Assembly (NCBI GenBank): GCA_018816705.1
Contig: JAHIVG010000004.1
Location: 1-63,756, forward strand
DNA length: 63,756 bases
DNA from: Nanobdellota archaeon
GTDB lineage: Archaea > Nanobdellota > Nanobdellia > Woesearchaeales > JAHIVG01
Reading direction: 5' to 3'
Shown: positions 58,501 to 63,756 of the stretch, in pieces
Numbering within the stretch: position 1 is the stretch's first letter
Layout of the letters: every line of letters starts with the position of its first letter
Notes under the pieces: model-generated
Told to the model about the DNA's origin: nothing
What the model saw: the letters and a program-made list of their open reading frames with translations, nothing else
The model's database searches: none
Program-made: the position numbers and the translations under genes

Positions 58501-59796
58501 GGCTGGACGCCTTATCCAGGACTGGAATGGGATGAAGAGATAAACTTATTTGAAGACCTGTTCCACCCGGGCGAGAACATGATTTCTGCGATTGTCTATA
58601 ACCAGGATGCATCATCATTGGATTTCGACGCCGAGATCCATTTCGGGGATTACCCTCAGGACAACAAGAGGAGGGCTATGCTGGTGATGAGCGATGGAGA
58701 GGCAAACACATGTTTGCCGGGTGGTTTTGGGACCTGCATTAACGGATTTTCTGCCGGGAATGAGACCATAAACCTGTCATGCAGGGCTCATGATCAATAT
58801 GGGATAGATGTCTACACCATAGGTTTCGCCCTGGATCCTTCACGTGATCCTGAAGCGATTGACATCCTCAATCAATCTGCCTGCTGCGATAATTGCTCAC
58901 ATTTCTATTCGAGCCAGTCCGCTGAAGAGCTGGTTCAGATCTATCAGGAAATCGCCCAAGAGTTACGGGGCCTTGAATATATCTCGCAGTCAGCCCTCAT
59001 CGAGGGCAACATCTTCAGCATCCTCTACAACGACTCCTATCTCGAGGTAAACTCCACCGTGCCCGAAGCCTTCACGATCAAGGGCCAGATACCTATCACC
59101 GTCCAATCACCGAGGTTCGGGAACAATGACACCGAGTTCACCGCGTCCTTCGGCCCCAACATCCATATCCTAGACGCGCGGCTCACGTCCTACTCCGCAG
59201 ACAGGTGGACAGACCTGGCATGGGTCTACAACCAGTACGGGAACCACACCATATTCGACCTCTCGAATTTCAGCATGAGATACCAGCTGATGGGCGACCC
59301 ATACATAATAGAGATAAACCCCGCCTATCTCGCTCCCGGCAACAACACCTTCCGCATAGAGACAGCCTACAGCCCCACCAACAGGAGCGGGGGCTCTCCG
59401 GACAACTCGCTCATATACACCACCCTGGTCTCACCTAATGCCATGACAGAGGGCCTCGGAGGATACTTCGAGGGGTGCAACTGGACATTGCAGTTCGAGG
59501 ACCTGACGAACTCGAGCATCCTCGTCCCGTCAACCTATGACGGGAAGCATAGATGCGCCTATTCTGCCCTCAATCACTCTGAAGGCAACTGTGTCCTCTA
59601 CAATGATTGTTCCTACGACCGTAACAATTCCATAGACAACGCCATGCACACCCTGCTTGAGCGGCTCGACTTCGACAAGGACGGCCTCATAGATATGGAC
59701 CTCGACCAGGCCAGCATCCAGGTCGAGACGGCCACCGTGCCCGACATCCCCTCGCTCCTCGGGCCGGAGATGCTTGAGGTGAGACTATGGCAATGA
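55588..59796 (+). CDS. Giant pilin-like surface protein with split vWA domain, paralogue 2
   Basis: RKG|ILFTID; DISGS and distant MSDG; C-terminus GPEMLEVRLWQ. Confidence 0.85.
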   Translation: MRRRKGILFTIDAVLGATLLLLGIFMYSLFFVTEEETTQSAYFSRDAVDFLAQVRMDELDFRFLHDLNRISLSIDPDISVLEQMALLWVKGEYEASQLLCNYTFLELIPEQYGFEIRVGNDVVCNRYKPGSETVITSKRSISGIEKSQQTERFLSYAHLTGMDNFLMDFYTYFQGFTGQGNITVLMEVPEFISIRNVIIEGSFSDNFEFHINGNGSGNFTTNRTNPLGAETFIIDPVHFSNFGGENRTSFSIRFNSSEGQLGYIGGGYIRVTANISANNTHLKEGMRQFTHIANDTLITRYYLPQVEGVINLYGSYYFPPDISNLSASLHYKSDIGQLDDVYLQLVLANQTIFFDENFTGEETIDLDPERFSALNLSKLAGKNVPMRFGWTDIAPYGGGGVDAILITDISGSMAWNITPGDGWLRTDGETWGNDCDNTKMYTSNRTMRLALAKCLDKRFVDIILEDLSPSRMGLVFFYHTLIPLYTNVVPLKDYTSRSYLHNKIDAIDNPVGNTCVSCGIYKAMELLFKPGTPIPAESQWKYTLEYPDAAPPGNWDALEYDDGSWPQGQMPIGFGPDSNTVIDPLYMGGDLMRDSVDVIPSYSLFSGESCWGDGSMLQNLDGNFLCLQNTSPSLNWVQMVGDVSQQANRLGIYDIETLVQDSNDMYKIPYYCGQLDDFRFFFNVVPGVWSDRVFVEFLVLRPFYDPGLKYEVKHSFRKRLTTYEAVGSPEVGNNSEYLGPPSARTFVPNGFPLTDIQEGDVLGLYTSFPPLKVRKPGTGRLLYESGYEDIIDDSQSQEMRQLTIGAKCNMSIRPTISTTFKSEPFTDIEEYDYIEAEINFMPEEDLWYDIFFFNTSDLEWVWACSGHVEATGEIFEEDCRLNVNPPSDFFNAESRISIKLDFIFDSYCRSGPCTAHQVKLDEIDFVGVESNGTIYLRKTFNVNQSQFADPTLRLRSDDRADMYINGQRIDGGWTPYPGLEWDEEINLFEDLFHPGENMISAIVYNQDASSLDFDAEIHFGDYPQDNKRRAMLVMSDGEANTCLPGGFGTCINGFSAGNETINLSCRAHDQYGIDVYTIGFALDPSRDPEAIDILNQSACCDNCSHFYSSQSAEELVQIYQEIAQELRGLEYISQSALIEGNIFSILYNDSYLEVNSTVPEAFTIKGQIPITVQSPRFGNNDTEFTASFGPNIHILDARLTSYSADRWTDLAWVYNQYGNHTIFDLSNFSMRYQLMGDPYIIEINPAYLAPGNNTFRIETAYSPTNRSGGSPDNSLIYTTLVSPNAMTEGLGGYFEGCNWTLQFEDLTNSSILVPSTYDGKHRCAYSALNHSEGNCVLYNDCSYDRNNSIDNAMHTLLERLDFDKDGLIDMDLDQASIQVETATVPDIPSLLGPEMLEVRLWQ

Positions 59797-62507
59797 GACG
59801 CGGCGTGTTCTTCATAATAGACGCCTTCCTGGCTGTCATGCTCCTGTTCGTGGCTGTCATAGTCATCTCCACCTATTTCGTGACAGAGGAGGAGACCACC
59901 CAATCGGAGTTCCTCAGCAGGGATTCGGTGGACCTGCTGGCGGAGGTCAAGATAAAGGACCTCGACCAGGACTCAATCAATCAGATAACCGCCCTCGGTT
60001 CGGCCTACAAGATGAACTACACCGTTCTCGAGCAGATAGCCCTCTTCTGGATCAAGAATGAGACAGACGCTGCGAGGGAGCTGTCAAGGATCATCTTCGG
60101 CAACTACATCCCCGAAAGGTACGGCTACAGCGTCATGGTCGGGGGCCAGATGGTCCATTCGAGGAACATCTCCAAGCAGACCGCTGTCAGGAGCGCCTCG
60201 CATATGGTCTCGGGCATCGAGCAGGACAAGCCGGTTGAGGGCTACACGGCAAGGGTGTACCTGACCACCTCGCCGTACAGGAAGGTCTCTTCTTACATCT
60301 ATTTCGGCGGCTTCGTCGGAGAGGGCAACCTCAGCGCAGAGATAATGCTCCCGGATAACTACACCAACATGATCGAGGTCTACTTCGAGGGCGTGCTGAG
60401 CACCGACGCGCTGCTTTCCGTCAACGACCAGTACGCCCAGACCCTGCACAGGAAGGCCCTGTCAGACATGGATGCTGACAACTACACGCTGTCCACTGCA
60501 GTGCACTCGCTGTTCCAGCCCGGGAGGAACACCATCAACATAACCTTCAACGTCACCCAGGCGAACCAGTCGCTCGGCTTCATCGGCGGCGGCTACCTCA
60601 GGGTTGACACCAACACCACAGCCCAGTTCGATCCCAGGAGGTATGACATCGACAATTCCACGCAGAGGCAGTATTTCACGGGAATCGACGGCCTGATCAA
60701 CATCTATGATTCGATATATGTCGGAGGTGACCTGAAGCAGATGAGCCTCTACCTCCATTATGATTCCAATTTCAGCAGCTACAACTCGAGCAACTTCTCC
60801 ATCTACCTGAATGTCGGCAACGTGACCGTCTTCATGGACAACAACGTTACGGGTGAGGAGTACGTCAACATCTCAGATTCCCAGCTCAGCAGCAAGCTCA
60901 ACTACTCTGCGTTGAGCGGCCAGACCATACCCATTAGGATGGGGTCCAGCGGCATCAACTACTCTGAATACGACGCTGGCAACAATGATGTCATCCTGGT
61001 CACAGACCTTTCCGGCAGCATGCAGTGGAGGTTGACTTCAAACGTGAACGGTAACATTGTCAATGATTGTTCCGACCCCCAGATCTATGATTCCGACACG
61101 AGAAGGATAAGCTTAGCCAAGTGCCTTGATAAGGACTTCGTCAGCCTCATCCTTAACCTTAGCGGAAACCGCGTCGGGCTCGTGGGATTCAACATCGACG
61201 CTTACACATGGGATAGCCTGACGACTGACGTGAGTTCCCTCATAAGCTCCATCAACAACTACCCGGACAGCCCCTCCGATGGCACCTGCATCTGCTGTGC
61301 GATCAATAGGGCATACAACATACTCAATTCTGAGAGCAACGCTTCAAGGAACAAGTTCATAATCGTCATGAGCGATGGCATCCCCGGCAGGAGGTGCATC
61401 GGCTCTGGGGCATGCTCAACCAGCTTCAAGGGAACAAGCACCTCCGGAAGCTTCTGCTGCAGCGGCAACTCTGGAGATTGCAACAATCCTTCGTGCAACG
61501 GACCGAGCAAGAACGCGAACTGGAGCTCATGGAGAGCCCACGACGATCTGAACGCCACGGTCCATGCCATAGGCTTCGGCCCCGTATCGAGCTGCTACCT
61601 CGCAAATTTCACATTGAACAACGTGGCTGAGTCTGGGGACGGTGAGTATTATGCGAGCAGCAATGCCACCGAGCTGCAGGACATCTACATGGGCCTGGCA
61701 AATAACATATTGACGTATACATACAAGGCCCAGGCGATAATCCTGACAGGCAACCTCATCAAGTCCAGGCTCTTCCCGGACTCGCATTTCGAGCTGAACT
61801 TCACGCCCTATGTGAACATCGAATCAGCCGGTGATATACCCCTCTCGGTCGAGCTCCCGCCTTTCAACAACAATTTCACCAACGGCACCTTCCGTATCCC
61901 GCCCAACATCACCCTCGCTGAGGTGCTCGTCACCTCCTACTCAGGCGACAGGTGGACCAATGACGTGATCGTGTTCGGTGATACATCGACAGTAGTGCCC
62001 TACAACCTCTCTTCTTATGGCTCTAACTACCGTCTGCTAGGTGATCCGTTCATCGTCCAGATCCCGCCCAACTATTTCGAGTCTGGCACCAACGTGACTG
62101 TGAGGATTGACACCGGGCTCTCGCCGGACAATGTCTCTGGCGGCTCACCTGATAACAGGCTGATCTTTACCGTTCTGGCGAGGACCAATGCCGAGTCAGA
62201 GGGAGTCGGTGCATTGGCAGATGGCTGCACATGGGATATCCGCTTTGAGGATGGCTCCGCCCTCAATGCTACTATACCAGCCGACTATTCCGGTAACAAT
62301 CAGTGCAGGTTCTTCAACGCCAGCTATGACCGCGATGATGCCATAGAGAGCGCTGCCTTCATCCTGTTCAGCCAGCTGGACCTGGACGGCGACGGCCTCC
62401 TCGACATAAGGTTCGACAAGCAGTCCCTCAACACGAACGTGCTGGTAACTTCAGGTGTGCCGTATCTCTGGGGTCCCACACTTGTGGAGGTGAGGGTATG
62501 GCAGTAG
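59793..62507 (+). CDS. Pilin-like surface protein with intact vWA domain, paralogue 3
   Basis: RRG|VFFIID; DLSGS, TCICCAI and MSDG close together; C-terminus WGPTLVEVRVWQ. Confidence 0.85.
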   Translation: MRRGVFFIIDAFLAVMLLFVAVIVISTYFVTEEETTQSEFLSRDSVDLLAEVKIKDLDQDSINQITALGSAYKMNYTVLEQIALFWIKNETDAARELSRIIFGNYIPERYGYSVMVGGQMVHSRNISKQTAVRSASHMVSGIEQDKPVEGYTARVYLTTSPYRKVSSYIYFGGFVGEGNLSAEIMLPDNYTNMIEVYFEGVLSTDALLSVNDQYAQTLHRKALSDMDADNYTLSTAVHSLFQPGRNTINITFNVTQANQSLGFIGGGYLRVDTNTTAQFDPRRYDIDNSTQRQYFTGIDGLINIYDSIYVGGDLKQMSLYLHYDSNFSSYNSSNFSIYLNVGNVTVFMDNNVTGEEYVNISDSQLSSKLNYSALSGQTIPIRMGSSGINYSEYDAGNNDVILVTDLSGSMQWRLTSNVNGNIVNDCSDPQIYDSDTRRISLAKCLDKDFVSLILNLSGNRVGLVGFNIDAYTWDSLTTDVSSLISSINNYPDSPSDGTCICCAINRAYNILNSESNASRNKFIIVMSDGIPGRRCIGSGACSTSFKGTSTSGSFCCSGNSGDCNNPSCNGPSKNANWSSWRAHDDLNATVHAIGFGPVSSCYLANFTLNNVAESGDGEYYASSNATELQDIYMGLANNILTYTYKAQAIILTGNLIKSRLFPDSHFELNFTPYVNIESAGDIPLSVELPPFNNNFTNGTFRIPPNITLAEVLVTSYSGDRWTNDVIVFGDTSTVVPYNLSSYGSNYRLLGDPFIVQIPPNYFESGTNVTVRIDTGLSPDNVSGGSPDNRLIFTVLARTNAESEGVGALADGCTWDIRFEDGSALNATIPADYSGNNQCRFFNASYDRDDAIESAAFILFSQLDLDGDGLLDIRFDKQSLNTNVLVTSGVPYLWGPTLVEVRVWQ

Positions 62508-63454
62508 GCAGGCGGGGTGTGATCTTCACGTTCATATCCATAACTGTGCTGTTCTTCACGATAACCTTCATCTACAACACTTCGCAGTACAGGCTGAGGG
62601 ACAACATCTTCCTTGCAGAGTCCAGGATAATCGCCCTGGACCGCTTCATCTCTGATACAGAATCAGATCTCGAGCGTGCGCTTTACATCGCTGCCTTCAG
62701 GACGCTTCTTGCCATGAACCCGCAGGATGCCGCTGACGATTACATCACAGACATCGACGATAAGTTCCACGAGATGATGATATACGGCAATCTCGACGGG
62801 CAGCCGAGGGCTCTCATAAACGACTCGAACATACTGTTGTGGACCGAGAAGATGGAGGCGCAGGGCTCGAAACTGAGCATCCTCTTCAGCCTGACACCGC
62901 TCAACATCGATGTGCATATGGTCTCACCCTGGGATGTCGAGGTAGAGCTGGACTCCACGCTTGAGGTCGAGGACATAGGCGGGGCTGCCAAGTGGGTGAG
63001 GAACATCACGACCAGGACCAAGGTCAACATCATAAATTTCCCCGACCCTGTGTACGGTCACGGCGGCGCCCAGCCGAACATCATCAAGGAGTCCGTGTAT
63101 ACTATCGAGGAGATCCGGACGAATGACGATAAGCTCAAGGAGCATTGGGAATCCCAAAGATACTTGCCCTGCCCCGGCGCTCCGGACTACATCCAGCGCC
63201 TTGGCGGCCAGCTCGGGGGGAAATCCGAGTACGGCATCGAGAGCCTCGCTTTTCCGAGCAATTACCTTCCGGGCCCAGACATCAAGAACAAGAGCATGGT
63301 CGACCATATATACTGGAGCTCTGCCAACCCAATCCACTGCCCTGTGGACGTCATACCCAGCCTCAGGATGGACAACACCGAGATAACAGTAGGTGTGGTG
63401 GGGCGATGGGACTTCTACGACGTCAACGTCGACGACGCCAGGTGCAGCACTTAA
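62498..63454 (+). CDS. Class III signal peptide protein
   Basis: RRG|VIFTF plus TM; DP.Y, P.Y..RL.G and GIES motifs. Confidence 0.8.
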   Translation: MAVGRRGVIFTFISITVLFFTITFIYNTSQYRLRDNIFLAESRIIALDRFISDTESDLERALYIAAFRTLLAMNPQDAADDYITDIDDKFHEMMIYGNLDGQPRALINDSNILLWTEKMEAQGSKLSILFSLTPLNIDVHMVSPWDVEVELDSTLEVEDIGGAAKWVRNITTRTKVNIINFPDPVYGHGGAQPNIIKESVYTIEEIRTNDDKLKEHWESQRYLPCPGAPDYIQRLGGQLGGKSEYGIESLAFPSNYLPGPDIKNKSMVDHIYWSSANPIHCPVDVIPSLRMDNTEITVGVVGRWDFYDVNVDDARCST

Positions 63455-63621
63455 GCTTGGTCCTTCATCAATGAGTACAACACTTTACGTGCACCCGTTA
63501 CTTCTTTATCAGGCACTGACTATATGAGGGTTGGTGTGGGCATTGGGTTGGTAGCATATGGGGACATGTAGTTTTGCGAGGCATGCGGTGGTTCTGGTGG
63601 ACATCAATATGGGACATGTCA

Positions 63622-63756
63622 TAGAAATCCTAAAATCCGACTACCCAGCCCTGAAGGACTGGGCTTGCGTCGGATTTTCGAGACGGATTTCTAGGACACA
63701 AAAAAAGCAGAAAACCATAATACTAACAAACGCATTCATCCTCACCCTGAAGGGCA
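63622..63756 (+). mobile_element. Probable IS200/IS605-family end hairpins (miniature non-autonomous element), truncated at the window edge
   Basis: ACTACCCAGCCCTGAAGGACTGGGCTTG within a nested inverted repeat, and a second motif GCATTCATCCTCACCCTGAAGGGC at the end. Confidence 0.55.

Noticed and set aside
51500..62507. Inserts in the vWA genes considered as inteins or DGR targets
   Set aside because: No intein terminal motifs or LAGLIDADG blocks recognised; no reverse transcriptase or adenine-specific TR/VR pair seen
1511..63474. Many 60-240 aa antisense or out-of-frame ORFs (for example 5846-6568, 29068-29685, 44568-45200, 48876-49481)
   Set aside because: They lie within well-supported genes, show no motifs and are expected shadows of codon bias
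63455..63620. Possible short minus-strand ORFs after the pilin operon
   Set aside because: All frames close within about 40 codons and show no recognisable features

Overview
Gene-dense archaeal window, most consistent with a DPANN/Woesearchaeota-like genome (inferred from archaeal-type Map, HisS and Trm11, class III signal peptides, BRE-TATA promoters with short leaders and many orphan ORFs). In order: orphan genes and a tandem array of three uncharacterised paralogues (1-10.2 kb); a Mo/W-cofactor operon (modE-like, moaA-moaC fusion, moaB, tupABC, moeA, MOSC); housekeeping genes (hisS, RelE TA pair, GT2, map, maf, S26 peptidase, purLQS, folC); an apparently exported AmmeMemoRadiSam locus (membrane spermidine-synthase-like protein, twin-arginine radical SAM enzyme, membrane-anchored Memo-AMMECR1 fusion) facing tatA-tatC; a 1.15-kb integrase-less MNT-HEPN cassette inserted in the tatC 3' end between 55-bp direct repeats; a CPA2 antiporter, trm11, an orphan fabD and ahcY; a 14-kb run of seven class III signal-peptide genes including three giant vWA paralogues, two with nested domain insertions; and IS200/IS605-like end hairpins at the right edge. 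No rRNA, tRNA or CRISPR array was recognised. All family calls come from reading motifs by eye; no database search was run.
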